Below, piece by piece: positions 1 through 8,726 of a stretch of 64,000 nucleotides of DNA; the stretch's first letter is position 1; each line of letters starts with the position of its first letter. Position numbers and translations under genes: made by a program. This DNA comes from Dehalococcoidia bacterium (GTDB lineage Bacteria; Chloroflexota; Dehalococcoidia; Bin125): assembly GCA_963663235.2 (NCBI GenBank), contig CAXXNO010000004.1, positions 160,001 through 224,000 on the forward strand, given 5' to 3'. The notes under the pieces were generated by a model. The model was not told the origin of the DNA, ran no database searches, and saw only the letters and a list, made by a program, of their open reading frames with translations.

Positions 1-19
1 GGAGGCGGCGGGCATTGAC

Positions 20-655
20 GTGGTACTGACGCGTGAGAGCGACGAGCGGCTGGCGGAGGCGCCATTGGAGACGGAGCTGCCGCGGTTCGCACGGTTCGCG
101 GCCAATCGGGCGGACCTGCAAGCGCGAGTCGATCTGGCCAACGGCGCAGAGGCCGACCTGCTCGTGGCGATCCATTCGAACGGGCATCCGGAGGGAAACG
201 TGCGGGGGGTGGAAGCGTGGTACGACCCCACCCGGCCGTTCGCGGACGAGAACCTGCGCATCGCCGAGTTGTTGATCGCGCACGTGATCACGGAGTTGGG
301 AGCGTTCGGATATGCGGCGTTCGATCGGGGGGCGCTGGACGACACCTGCTGGCGATCGTTCGAGGGGAACTGCTTTGCGCTGTTCATGCTGGGCCCGCCG
401 CGCGTGATGCAGCGCGAGCGGCTGGAGGACTTCGGCATCGATCCGGCGGTGCTCGGGTTCGCCCCCGACCAGGAGACGCTGGTCACGCGCGCGACGCAGA
501 TGCCCGGCGCGCTGGTGGAGCTGCTCTTCATCTCGAACGAAGCGGACGCCGCCGTCCTGCACAGTGATGCCGGGCAGGAGGCCCTGGCCCGAGGGGTCGC
601 GGGGGCGGTTCTCGCCTATTTCAACATTGAACCGACTGAGGGCGAGCCGGACTGA
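20..655 (+). CDS. N-acetylmuramoyl-L-alanine amidase (Amidase_3), 5'-truncated by window edge
   Basis: VLTRESD...DLQARVDLAN...DLLVAIHSN...MPGALVELLFISN motifs of the AmiC/CwlD family. Confidence 0.9.
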   Translation: MVLTRESDERLAEAPLETELPRFARFAANRADLQARVDLANGAEADLLVAIHSNGHPEGNVRGVEAWYDPTRPFADENLRIAELLIAHVITELGAFGYAAFDRGALDDTCWRSFEGNCFALFMLGPPRVMQRERLEDFGIDPAVLGFAPDQETLVTRATQMPGALVELLFISNEADAAVLHSDAGQEALARGVAGAVLAYFNIEPTEGEPD

Positions 656-659
656 TCGG

Positions 660-1366
660 TCAGCGCCCGGTTCCCGGGCGGTCCCGCCCGGAGCGGCGCG
701 GGGTCAAGCGGGCGAGAAGGGGACGGCGCGCGAGGCGAGCCGTGGCGGCGAGCGCCACGAACCCCGCAGCCGCTATCGCCGCGAGCAGCGCCGCGAGCAG
801 CGCCGCAGATGCGCCGCAGATGCGCCGCCGTCACCGGCGCCGGCCAGGCCGCCGCCGCCCGCGGCGGGCAGGGCAGCCGGCGGGGAGTCCTCCGGGCCAG
901 CCTCCACCTCTGGAGCAGCCTCTTCCACCGGCGCCGAGACCGTGAACGCGACCGTCATTCCGGCCTCGTAGTGGAAGGGGACGTTGCAGATAAGCACGTA
1001 GTCCCCGGGTGCGAGCGTGAAGGTCGCGCTCTGCGTCAGGCCGGGGGCGACCTCCTCGATCTCGCCGATCACGTCGAGCGCGCTCACGTCGACCTCGGCG
1101 CCGTCCGCGGTCAGCGGCAGCGCGGCGGGGGCCAGATCAGTGCGGATGACGATGAGCTCGTGCTCCCCCGAGCCGGTGTTGGCGGCCTCGAAGGTGACGT
1201 CCCCGGCCTCGACCGAGCCGACGTCCGGCGTCACGCTCCATTCGTGCAGGTCAACGTTCACCGTCGCGGCGTGGGCTGATACGTCGCCGCCTTGGGCCGC
1301 GACGGCGAACAGCGCAACTGCCGCGGTGAATCCCACGAGCGTCAGCACAGCGGTCGACGGGCTCAT
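660..1366 (-). CDS. Secreted cupredoxin/sulfocyanin-like copper protein with C-terminal LPAAG sorting signal; frameshifted by an 11-bp duplication
   Basis: Signal peptide MSPSTAVLTLVGF...; HELIV and YVLICNVPFHYEAGM (His...Cys-x4-His-x4-Met copper ligands). Removing one GCAGATGCGCC copy (805-826) restores a TM helix and basic tail ending at 660. Confidence 0.8.
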
Positions 1367-1512
1367 GCATCGCTCCTTGTCATTTTTCATTGCCGCGGGC
1401 TGCGGAGGCGACTCCGCGGCGGACGGGGAGAGCGCATCCCCCGCCGACTCTGCGACGGCGCGCGAGGCTAGAACGGCGGCGGGCACCGTTCAGCATTTGT
1501 TTCGATGATGAA

Positions 1513-1956
1513 TCATACAGCGTCATCCGGGGACGAGGGCACGTCGATCATGGCTGTTCGAGGCGGAGCTCGTAGGCGACGGTGACGGCGGGCGCGGCCA
1601 CAGCGGTGTGGGGTCAATCGGGCGAGGGGTGTCACGGCGGGGAAGGTTGAGCGGATGGGCGCGGAGGGCATCGTGGGGTCCGGCCCGGAAGGGAACGGGT
1701 TTTCTGTCACCCCGCGCGAGGCGCGCCGCATCTGGTGGAGCAGGGCGAAGGCGCGTCGGAGGGGGCGGAAAGGGACAGAAAGGGACGGCAGCCGACGCGG
1801 GCCGGACACGGATCGGACGGGGCGTGGACGTCGATCGGACAGGGGGGCGGCACGGCGTCGCAGCCGGGGGCCGCGCGCGAGGCCGTGCAGGAGGGCGCGG
1901 ACCCGATCGTCGGTGGGGGGAGGGACGGAGAGCAGGGGATCGCGACACTCGAACAT
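1513..1956 (-). CDS. Putative leaderless SOS-regulated ORF (Arg/Pro-rich, no recognised domain)
   Basis: ATG lies 7 nt after TATAAT and inside the LexA box; coding status otherwise unsupported. Confidence 0.35.
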   Translation of the reverse strand: MFECRDPLLSVPPPTDDRVRALLHGLARGPRLRRRAAPLSDRRPRPVRSVSGPRRLPSLSVPFRPLRRAFALLHQMRRASRGVTENPFPSGPDPTMPSAPIRSTFPAVTPLARLTPHRCGRARRHRRLRAPPRTAMIDVPSSPDDAV

Positions 1957-1992
1957 GTGTTCTATTATAGCGGACCCGGGGTGCTCTGTGAA
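1951..1992 (-). promoter_or_regulatory. Sigma70 promoter with an adjacent LexA (SOS) box over the start codon
   Basis: Minus strand TTCACA(1992-1987)-N17-TATAAT(1969-1964); palindrome GAAC-ATGT-GTTC at 1951-1962. Confidence 0.8.
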
Positions 1993-2010
1993 ATGGGCAG
2001 CCGGAGGGGG

Positions 2011-2499
2011 CTAGCGGAGGGCGTAGACGTCGGTGATGGAGCCGCCGAGGTCCGGGTTGACTTGGGCGATGCCGACGGCCTGGACGCGGTTGAGCCAGAG
2101 GTAGTCGGGGTGGGAGGTCTCGAAGCGGGGGAGGGTGCGGACGATCTTGGCGGGGGGCAACTGGCCGCGTCGGATCTGTTCGAGGGCGTTTTCTCCGAAG
2201 TCGGCAAGGCCGCTGTAGTAGTTGTAGATGAGGGCGCCGTCGTGGGTCTCGATGGTGCCGCGGGCGTCGACCACGCCCATGCCGTCGGGGCGGACGATGA
2301 GCCAGTCGCCGCCGACGGGGAGGAAGCGGCCGCGCAGCCTGGGGCCGACGAGCTCGCCGCCCTCGCGGTAGACGATGAGGCGCAGGCCGGCGGGGCTCTC
2401 GCCGATGAGCTCGGGCGGCAGGCGCAGCTTGGACTGGCTGCTGTAGAGGTACTCCAGGTCGTACTTGTTGTGCGGTCCGCCTTCGAGCGTGGATGGCAT
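2011..2499 (-). CDS. DUF3237 family protein
   Basis: GGDWLIVRPDG...DARGTIETHDGALIY...PRFETSHPDYLWLNR family pattern. Confidence 0.85.
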   Translation of the reverse strand: MPSTLEGGPHNKYDLEYLYSSQSKLRLPPELIGESPAGLRLIVYREGGELVGPRLRGRFLPVGGDWLIVRPDGMGVVDARGTIETHDGALIYNYYSGLADFGENALEQIRRGQLPPAKIVRTLPRFETSHPDYLWLNRVQAVGIAQVNPDLGGSITDVYALR

Positions 2500-2510
2500 G
2501 GGTGATCCTC

Positions 2511-2690
2511 CTTCGATCCTTCGACAAGCCTTCGACCTCGCTCAGGCCAGGGCTCAGGACAGGTTTGCTCAGGATACGCGGGGGGAGGGGGAACCTCACC
2601 CTTCCGCTGTGCGAAGGGCGCAAGCGCCCCCTGGCCCTCCTTCGACTCGCCTGCGGCTCGCTCAGGAGAGGGGGAGAAGAAGGGCTAGAG
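2511..2690. repeat. REP-like mosaic with nested CTTCGA...CTCAGG elements plus a 44-bp core repeat
   Basis: ACCTCACCCTTCCGCTGTGCGAAGGGCGCAAGCGCCCCCTGGCC at ~2593-2636, recurring at ~7438, 7597, 8450 and 8610. Confidence 0.85.
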
Positions 2691-4061
2691 CGGGGGGCGG
2701 CGGGTGTGCCAGTCGGTGGCCTGTTGGTAGGCGTGGGCGACGCGGAAGAGGCCGACCTCGTCGAAGTGGCGGGCGGCGATCTGGAGGCCGATGGGCAGGC
2801 CCCGGCTGTCGAAGCCGCCGGGGAGGCTGAGGGCGGGGACGCCGGTGACGTTGAAGTCCATGATGTAGCGCGCGAGCACGAACCTGGGGTCGCCCTCCTC
2901 GATGGTGGGGGCGACGACGGGGCTGGTGGGGGAGATCAGCACGTCGACGTGCTGTAGCGCCTCGCGGGTCTCGGCGATCAGTTGCGTGCGCAGGCGCTGC
3001 GCGTTGACGTAGGCCGTCGCCGGGATGAGGCTGCCCGCCTCCAGCAGGGCGCGGGACTCCGGGCTATAGCGGTCGCCGTACTCACGCAGCCAGGGAGCGT
3101 GGTAGGTGGCGACCTCGACGGCCAGGATGGGAAGGCGACGGTTGGCAGCAAGGAGCGGAAGCGAGACGTCGCGGACCTCCGCGCCCAACCCGCGGTAGAG
3201 ACCGAGCGCGGCCTCGCAGGCGGCCTCGACCTCCTCATCGCAGCGGTTCCAGAACAGGTCGCGGGCCAGGCCGATGCGGAGCCCCTCGACGCCCTTGCCC
3301 AAATCACGGGTGAAGTCCTCGACCGGCTCGTCGGCGGAGCCGGAATCGGCGGGGTCGTAGCCGGCCATCGCGTTGAGCATGAGCGCGGCGTCCTCCACCG
3401 TCCTAGTGAACGAGCCGAGGTGGTCCAGCGACCAGGAGAAGGCGAGCACGCCGATGCGGCTGATGCGACCGTAGGTGGGCTTGAAGCCCACGAGATTGCA
3501 GAGCGCCGCGGGGAGGCGGACCGAGCCACCGGTATCGGTCCCGAGCGAGCCCAGAGCGGAGCCAGCGGCCACGGAGGCCGCGCTGCCGCCGCTGCTGCCA
3601 CCGGCCACGCGCGTCGTGTCCCAAGGGTTGGCCACCGCGCCGTAGAACGGATTGATGCTGGTGGTGCTGAGGGCGAACTCGTGCAGGTTGAGCTTGCCGG
3701 TCAACACCGCGCCCGCCTCCTTGAGGCGAGTGACCACCGCGGCGTCCACCTCCGGGACGCGGTCGCGGAGGAAATCGGAGCCGGCGGTAGTGGTGATGCC
3801 GGCGGTATCGATCACGTCCTTGAGAGCGAGAGGGATGCCGTGCAGCGGACCGCGGTCGCGGCCGGCGCGGAGCTCATCGTCGGCGGCGGCGGCGCGCTCG
3901 CGGGCGAGGCCGGCCGTGACGGTGATGTAGGTGCGGAGGGCGGGCTGGGTCTGCTCGATGCGAGCGAGGACGGAGTCGGTGAGAGCAGCCGAGGTGAGGG
4001 AGCCGTCGCGCAGGGCGTCGCCGGCTTGGCGGATGGTGAGGTCGTAGGGCTCGCTACCCAT
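2685..4061 (-). CDS. Amidase-signature enzyme (GatA/AtzE-like)
   Basis: GPLHGIPLALKDVID, GGSSGGSAASV, GTDTGGSVRLPA (Lys-cisSer-Ser triad). Confidence 0.92.
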   Translation of the reverse strand: MGSEPYDLTIRQAGDALRDGSLTSAALTDSVLARIEQTQPALRTYITVTAGLARERAAAADDELRAGRDRGPLHGIPLALKDVIDTAGITTTAGSDFLRDRVPEVDAAVVTRLKEAGAVLTGKLNLHEFALSTTSINPFYGAVANPWDTTRVAGGSSGGSAASVAAGSALGSLGTDTGGSVRLPAALCNLVGFKPTYGRISRIGVLAFSWSLDHLGSFTRTVEDAALMLNAMAGYDPADSGSADEPVEDFTRDLGKGVEGLRIGLARDLFWNRCDEEVEAACEAALGLYRGLGAEVRDVSLPLLAANRRLPILAVEVATYHAPWLREYGDRYSPESRALLEAGSLIPATAYVNAQRLRTQLIAETREALQHVDVLISPTSPVVAPTIEEGDPRFVLARYIMDFNVTGVPALSLPGGFDSRGLPIGLQIAARHFDEVGLFRVAHAYQQATDWHTRRPPL

Positions 4062-4063
4062 CG

Positions 4064-4267
4064 TTAGTCCCTCCGGATACGCAAGGCGAAGGCGGGGTGG
4101 GTGTCGCCCAAGTCGAGGGCGGTGTACTGCCCGAAGCGCGAGAGGAGGGCCTCGGCGAGGGGCGCCATCGCACGGAGGCGGTCATCGGGGAGGTCGAGGC
4201 CGGCGGCTTCGGCCAAGACGCGCAGGCGGGCGAGGCGCTGGGCCTCGTCGAGGTCGTCGGTGGGCAC
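4064..4267 (-). CDS. Small GatC/AtzG-like amidase partner (67 aa)
   Basis: AAGGAG RBS then GTG; LRVLAEAAGLDLPDDRL...LDLGDTHPAFAL; stops 2 nt before the amidase ATG. Confidence 0.65.
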   Translation of the reverse strand: MPTDDLDEAQRLARLRVLAEAAGLDLPDDRLRAMAPLAEALLSRFGQYTALDLGDTHPAFALRIRRD

Positions 4268-4417
4268 GGTCGGGCTCCTTCGCAGCGCGGGGCGCGGGGC
4301 CGCAGGATAGCAGCGTGGGGGCCGGCGGGGGGGCTGGAAGCGAGCGGCGGCTTGGCGGCGGCGGGGGCGTACGACAGAATGGCCGCACGATCCAGAGAAC
4401 CGCAAGAAGGAAGCGCC

Positions 4418-5617
4418 ATGGACGACGGCCGGGGCATCCGCGACAAGGTGTGCATCGTTGGAGTGGGGGAGTCGGAGTACGGACGGCACGGCTCGATCGA
4501 CCGTCCGGAGTTTCAGCTGGCGCTGCAGGCGATCCTGGCGGCGTGCGCCGACGCGGGGCTGGACCCGCGCCGCCTGGACGGGTTTGCGTCGTACGCGAAC
4601 GACCGCAACGACCCGATGCGAGTGGCGACGGCGCTGGGGGTCCCGGATTACGGCTTCAGCAACATGTACTGGGGCGGCGGGGGCGGGGGAGTGGCCGGCG
4701 CGGTTGGCAACGCAGCGGCGGGGATCGTGGCGGGGTACGCGGACTACGTCGTCTCGTACCGGGCGCTGGCGCAGGGGCAATTCCGTCGCTTCGGGCAGTT
4801 GCTGATGGAGGGGCGGGTGAACGAAGCGAACGCGTTTCGCCTGCCGGCAGGGCTGCTCACGCCGGCGCAGCGGTTCGCGATGCCGATCAAGCGCTACATG
4901 CACGAATACGGGATCACGAGCCGACAGCTGGGACAGATCGCGGTGGCATCGTACAAGCACGCGCAGCACAACCCGCGGGCGGTGATGTACGGCAAGCCGA
5001 TCACGATCGAGGACCACCAGAACTCGCGGATCATCGCCGACCCGCTGCGGCTGTTCGACTGCTGCCAGGAGACCGACGGCGCGGCGGCGGTGATCCTGAC
5101 GACACCGGAGCGGGCGCGGGACCTCAAGCGGAAGCCCGTCTACCTGGGGGGTGCGGCGCAGGGGAGCTCCTACCGGCAGGGCGCCGGGGGCGAGACGCGG
5201 CCGGACTACAGCACGGCGGGGTTCTCGACGGTGGCGCGGCGGCTGTTCAAGTCGGCGGGGATGGGGCCGGAAGAGATCGACGTGGCGCAGATGTACGAGA
5301 ACTTCACGGGCCTGGTGCTGATGTCGCTGGAGGACCACGGCTTCTGCGGGCGGGGCGAGGCGGGGCAGTTCGTCGAGGGGGGGCGCATCGAACACAAGCG
5401 AGTCGCCGAGGTGGACGCCCCCCACGCCGGCGAACTGCCGATCAACACCAGCGGCGGCAACCTGGCCGAAGCGTACACGCACGGCTTCGAATTGATGGTG
5501 GAAGGGGTGCGGCAGATGCGCGGGGACTCCACGCTGCCGGTGGAGGGGGCGCGGACGTGTCTGGTGTCGAGCGGGCCGGGGGTGGCGCCGGTCAGCGACG
5601 TGATCCTGCACAACTGA
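4418..5617 (+). CDS. Thiolase-like / SCP2-type lipid-transfer protein (Ltp2-like)
   Basis: IVGVGESEY, HAQHNPRAVM, PLRLFDCCQETDGAAAV, LPINTSGGNLAEAY. Confidence 0.9.
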   Translation: MDDGRGIRDKVCIVGVGESEYGRHGSIDRPEFQLALQAILAACADAGLDPRRLDGFASYANDRNDPMRVATALGVPDYGFSNMYWGGGGGGVAGAVGNAAAGIVAGYADYVVSYRALAQGQFRRFGQLLMEGRVNEANAFRLPAGLLTPAQRFAMPIKRYMHEYGITSRQLGQIAVASYKHAQHNPRAVMYGKPITIEDHQNSRIIADPLRLFDCCQETDGAAAVILTTPERARDLKRKPVYLGGAAQGSSYRQGAGGETRPDYSTAGFSTVARRLFKSAGMGPEEIDVAQMYENFTGLVLMSLEDHGFCGRGEAGQFVEGGRIEHKRVAEVDAPHAGELPINTSGGNLAEAYTHGFELMVEGVRQMRGDSTLPVEGARTCLVSSGPGVAPVSDVILHN

Positions 5618-5633
5618 GACGAGCGAGAGGGCC

Positions 5634-6092
5634 ATGAGCAAAGACGGCGCGGAGTTCGTCGATAGCCGCTACTTCCCCGAAGGGGTGCCCGAGCCGGACC
5701 CGGACGATCCGCTGAGCAAAGGGTTCTGGGACGCGGCGAAAGAGGGGCGGCTGGTGGTGCAATGCTGCCAGGGCTGTGGGACGTTGCAGCATCCGCCGGA
5801 GCTGATCTGCCACCAGTGTCTATCGTTCGACCACCTGAGCTGGCAGGTGATGGCGGGAACGGGGACCGTGTGGTCTTGCATTAACGTGGTGCATCCCGCG
5901 AACGCCAAGGTGAAGGAGCGCGGCCCCTATAACGTCGCGCTGGTGCAACTGGACGACCACCCCGAGATCCGGATGCTGAGCAACGTCATCGACGTAGAGT
6001 TCGACGAGTTGGAGATCGGGATGCCGGTGCGGGTGGTGTTCGAGCGGACGGCGCCGGACCTGGTGCAGCCGCGGTGGCGCCGGGCGGAGTAG
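5634..6092 (+). CDS. Zn-ribbon/OB-fold (DUF35, ChsH2-like) protein
   Basis: FWDAAKEGRLVVQCCQGC...PPELICHQC...LEIGMPVRVVF; adjacent to the thiolase. Confidence 0.9.
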   Translation: MSKDGAEFVDSRYFPEGVPEPDPDDPLSKGFWDAAKEGRLVVQCCQGCGTLQHPPELICHQCLSFDHLSWQVMAGTGTVWSCINVVHPANAKVKERGPYNVALVQLDDHPEIRMLSNVIDVEFDELEIGMPVRVVFERTAPDLVQPRWRRAE

Positions 6093-6107
6093 CGAGCCGG
6101 AACACCA

Positions 6108-6953
6108 GTGCGGGTGACCTTCCTGGGCACGGGGATGAGCGTCCTCAGCGCCGAGCGGGCGGGGGCGGCGCTCTTCGTGGCCGAAGAGGAAGCGGGCATC
6201 CTGCTGGACTGCGGCCCGGGCGCGCTGGAGCGCGCGGCCGCGGCCGGGATCGCGCTGGAGCGCATCCAGGCGGTCTTTCTCAGCCACCTGCACTTCGACC
6301 ACGCGCTGGGCATGGCAGAGTTGTTGACGCGCCTCGCCTTCACCGGCAAGCCGCTGCCGGCGGTCTACGGGCCCGCGGGCACAGGCGACTACGTGTCGAG
6401 CGCGGCGGAGTACGGGCGGACGCAGTTGCGTTACCTGGGCGGCGGGCGGTTCGTCGAGCGGCTGGAGCGCGTGGAGGTGGAAGAGGTGGCATCGGGCGAC
6501 GAGCGGGTGGTGGCGGGGCTGCGGGTGGCGTCGGTGGCGGTGCCGCACTCGGTGCACATCGCGGCGCAGGCGCGTCGGGTCAGCGTTGCGGATGCGTCGG
6601 GATCGGAAGGCGCGCTGATTTATGGCGGGGACTGTCGCCCCGCGCCGGAGGTTCTCATTCCGTTCGGCCGTGACGCGGCGGTGCTGGTGCACGAGTGCTA
6701 CAGCGAGGAGGGGCTGCGCGCCTACGCGGAGACGCTCAGCGTGGAAGCGGGGGCGGCGATGCGAAGCGCGTTCGCGCGGTCGCACAGCACGGTGGGAGAG
6801 GCGGCGCGGATCGCGCAGTTGGCGGGGGTGCGGCGGCTGGCGCTGACACACCTGCTGCCGACGGAGCGCGAGGAGCGGCTGTTCGAAACGGCGCGGCAGC
6901 ACTTCGCGGGGGATGTGATCATCGCGCGGGACGGCTTGAGCATCGCGGTGTAG
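6108..6953 (+). CDS. MBL-fold metallo-hydrolase (RNase Z/arylsulfatase-like)
   Basis: FLGTG, LLDCGPG, SHLHFDH, VLVHEC, SHST, LTHL. Confidence 0.88.
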   Translation: MRVTFLGTGMSVLSAERAGAALFVAEEEAGILLDCGPGALERAAAAGIALERIQAVFLSHLHFDHALGMAELLTRLAFTGKPLPAVYGPAGTGDYVSSAAEYGRTQLRYLGGGRFVERLERVEVEEVASGDERVVAGLRVASVAVPHSVHIAAQARRVSVADASGSEGALIYGGDCRPAPEVLIPFGRDAAVLVHECYSEEGLRAYAETLSVEAGAAMRSAFARSHSTVGEAARIAQLAGVRRLALTHLLPTEREERLFETARQHFAGDVIIARDGLSIAV

Positions 6954-6966
6954 GCGGGGAGGCCGA

Positions 6967-7326
6967 GTGGAGGTCAGCGAGCTGACGGTGATGGTTGGGA
7001 GCGAGCAACCCGAGCGGCTGGCGGCGTTCTATCGCGACGCGCTGGGGCTGCCGCTGCTGCCCGAATTTCACGACCCGGTCTTCCGCGTCGGCGGGGCGAA
7101 GGTGCGGATCATCCGCCACTCGGCGGTGGAGGGACGGAACCGAGAGCCGGCGCGGGTGCAGATCAACCTGTTCGTGGAGGACGTGCGGGCGGAGTGGGAG
7201 CGGCTGACGGCGCTGGGGGTGCCGTTCGCGCGGGAGCCGGAGCGGGAGGGGTGGGGCGGGGTGGTGGCGACGATGGAGGACCCGGACGGGAACTACGTGC
7301 AGATCATCGAGCAGGTGCGAGGCTAG
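6967..7326 (+). CDS. VOC/glyoxalase family protein
   Basis: AAFYRDALGL...EGWGGVVATMEDPDGNYVQI. Confidence 0.85.
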   Translation: MEVSELTVMVGSEQPERLAAFYRDALGLPLLPEFHDPVFRVGGAKVRIIRHSAVEGRNREPARVQINLFVEDVRAEWERLTALGVPFAREPEREGWGGVVATMEDPDGNYVQIIEQVRG

Positions 7327-7341
7327 GGGGGCTGTCGGCGG

Positions 7342-7720
7342 ACCTCACCCGCCTCTCCCCCTCTCCATCGGCAAGCGATGGAGAGGGGGAGAGGCGGGTC
7401 GGGCGGGGAGGGGGCATTCGGCGTCGGGCGGGGAGAGCTCACCCTTCCGCTGTGCGAAGGGCGCAAGCGCCCCCTGGCCTCCTCCATAGGTGGGGAACGA
7501 ACCTCACCCGCCTCTCCCCCCTCTCCATCGGCAAGCGATGGAGAGGGGGGAGAGGCGGGTCGGCCGGCGAGGGGGCGTTCGGCGTCGGGCGGGGAGACCT
7601 CACCCTTCCGCTGTGCGAAGGGCGCAAGCGCCCCCTGGCCTCCTTCGACTCGCCTGCGGCTCGCTCAGGACAGGCCCTCTCCATCCTTCTCAGGAGGGAA
7701 GGATGGAGAGGGGGGAGAAG
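7342..7720. repeat. BIME-like REP mosaic (left flank of higBA)
   Basis: Alternating hairpin ACCCGCCTCTCCCCCTCTCCATCG-GCAAG-CGATGGAGAGGGGGAGAGGCGGGT (x2) and 44-bp core (x2). Confidence 0.88.
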
Positions 7721-7809
7721 GGTCGGACATCGAGGGGCTCAGGGCAGGCAAGGCGAGCGGAGCAGGGGGGAGGAGCGATCTGTAGGGCGGGCGGCGGTCG
7801 TCTGCTCAA

Positions 7810-7847
7810 GAGTGATATTGATACAATCACTCCATCACACCTAGTCT
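7810..7847 (+). promoter_or_regulatory. higBA promoter with operator palindrome
   Basis: TTGATA(7818)-N18-TAGTCT(7842); imperfect inverted repeat GAGTGAT...ATCACTC at 7810-7832; GTG start 6 nt after the -10 (leaderless). Confidence 0.6.
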
Positions 7848-7853
7848 GCTTAG

Positions 7854-8147
7854 GTGGAGGTTGAGTACCGCAGCAGGTCTCTGGCGAGGCGGGGCGCCGA
7901 TGAGCGGGAGGCCGCGAAGGCGTGGGGTGTGTCTGTTGCGCGCAAATACATCCAGCGCTTGCAGATCATCGCCGCGGCACCGACGTGGGAAGCCCTGCGG
8001 TCGTACCGCGCTCTGGGCCTTCATCCGCTCAAAGGTACGCGCCGGGGGGAGTACGCGATGACGTTGACGGGTCGTTGGCGGCTGATCGTGCGGCCTGAGG
8101 GCGAGACGGTTTGGATCGAGGAGGTATCACAGCACTATGGCGATTAA
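7854..8147 (+). CDS. higB: HigB toxin (RelE/ParE superfamily)
   Basis: LHPLKGTRRGEYAMTLTGRWRLIV...IEEVSQHY; toxin precedes antitoxin. Confidence 0.88.
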   Translation: MEVEYRSRSLARRGADEREAAKAWGVSVARKYIQRLQIIAAAPTWEALRSYRALGLHPLKGTRRGEYAMTLTGRWRLIVRPEGETVWIEEVSQHYGD

Positions 8148-8439
8148 CCGGACCCAGATTGCGGAACTGCCGATCCCGCCGGGGGAGCTGCTTGCCGAGG
8201 AGTTGGAGGCGCGAGCGATGACGCAAAAGGCGCTTGCGGAGGCGATGGGGCGACCGGCCAAGGTGATCAACGAGATCATCAGCGGTAAGAAGGCGATCAC
8301 CGCCGAGACGGCGCTGCAGCTGGAGCGAGTACTCGGGACCGACGCGACGACGTGGGTGCGACTCGAGGCGGACTATCAGCTCCGCAAGGCGAGGCGCGCG
8401 GCGGAGGAGCGGGAAAGGGCGGCGGCTACGGGAGCCTGA
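8137..8439 (+). CDS. higA: HigA antitoxin (XRE HTH)
   Basis: PPGELLAEEL...MTQKALAEAMG...INEIISGKKAITAETALQLERVLG...WVRLEADY. Confidence 0.92.
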   Translation: MAINRTQIAELPIPPGELLAEELEARAMTQKALAEAMGRPAKVINEIISGKKAITAETALQLERVLGTDATTWVRLEADYQLRKARRAAEERERAAATGA

Positions 8440-8448
8440 GGCGGGCGC

Positions 8449-8720
8449 AACCTCACCCTTCCGCTGTGCGAAGGGCGCAAGCGCCCCCTGGCCCCCTTCA
8501 TAGGTGGGGAACGAACCTCACCCGCCTCTCCCCCCTCTCCATCGGCAAGCGATGGAGAGGGGGGAGAGGCGGGTCGGGCGGCGAGGGGCGCTCGGCGTCG
8601 GGCGGGGAGACCTCACCCTTCCGCTGTGCGAAGGGCGCAAGCGCCCCCTGGCCTCCTTCGACTCGCCTGCGGCTCGCTCAGGACGGGCCCTCTCCATCGG
8701 CGAGCGATGGAGAGGGGTGG
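8449..8720. repeat. BIME-like REP mosaic (right flank of higBA)
   Basis: Near-identical direct copy of ~7438-7686. Confidence 0.88.
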
Positions 8721-8726
8721 AGGCCG

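Noticed and set aside
7342-8720. Regularly recurring 44-bp repeat as a possible CRISPR array
   Set aside because: The intervening sequences are themselves repeated hairpins rather than unique spacers, and no cas genes are present
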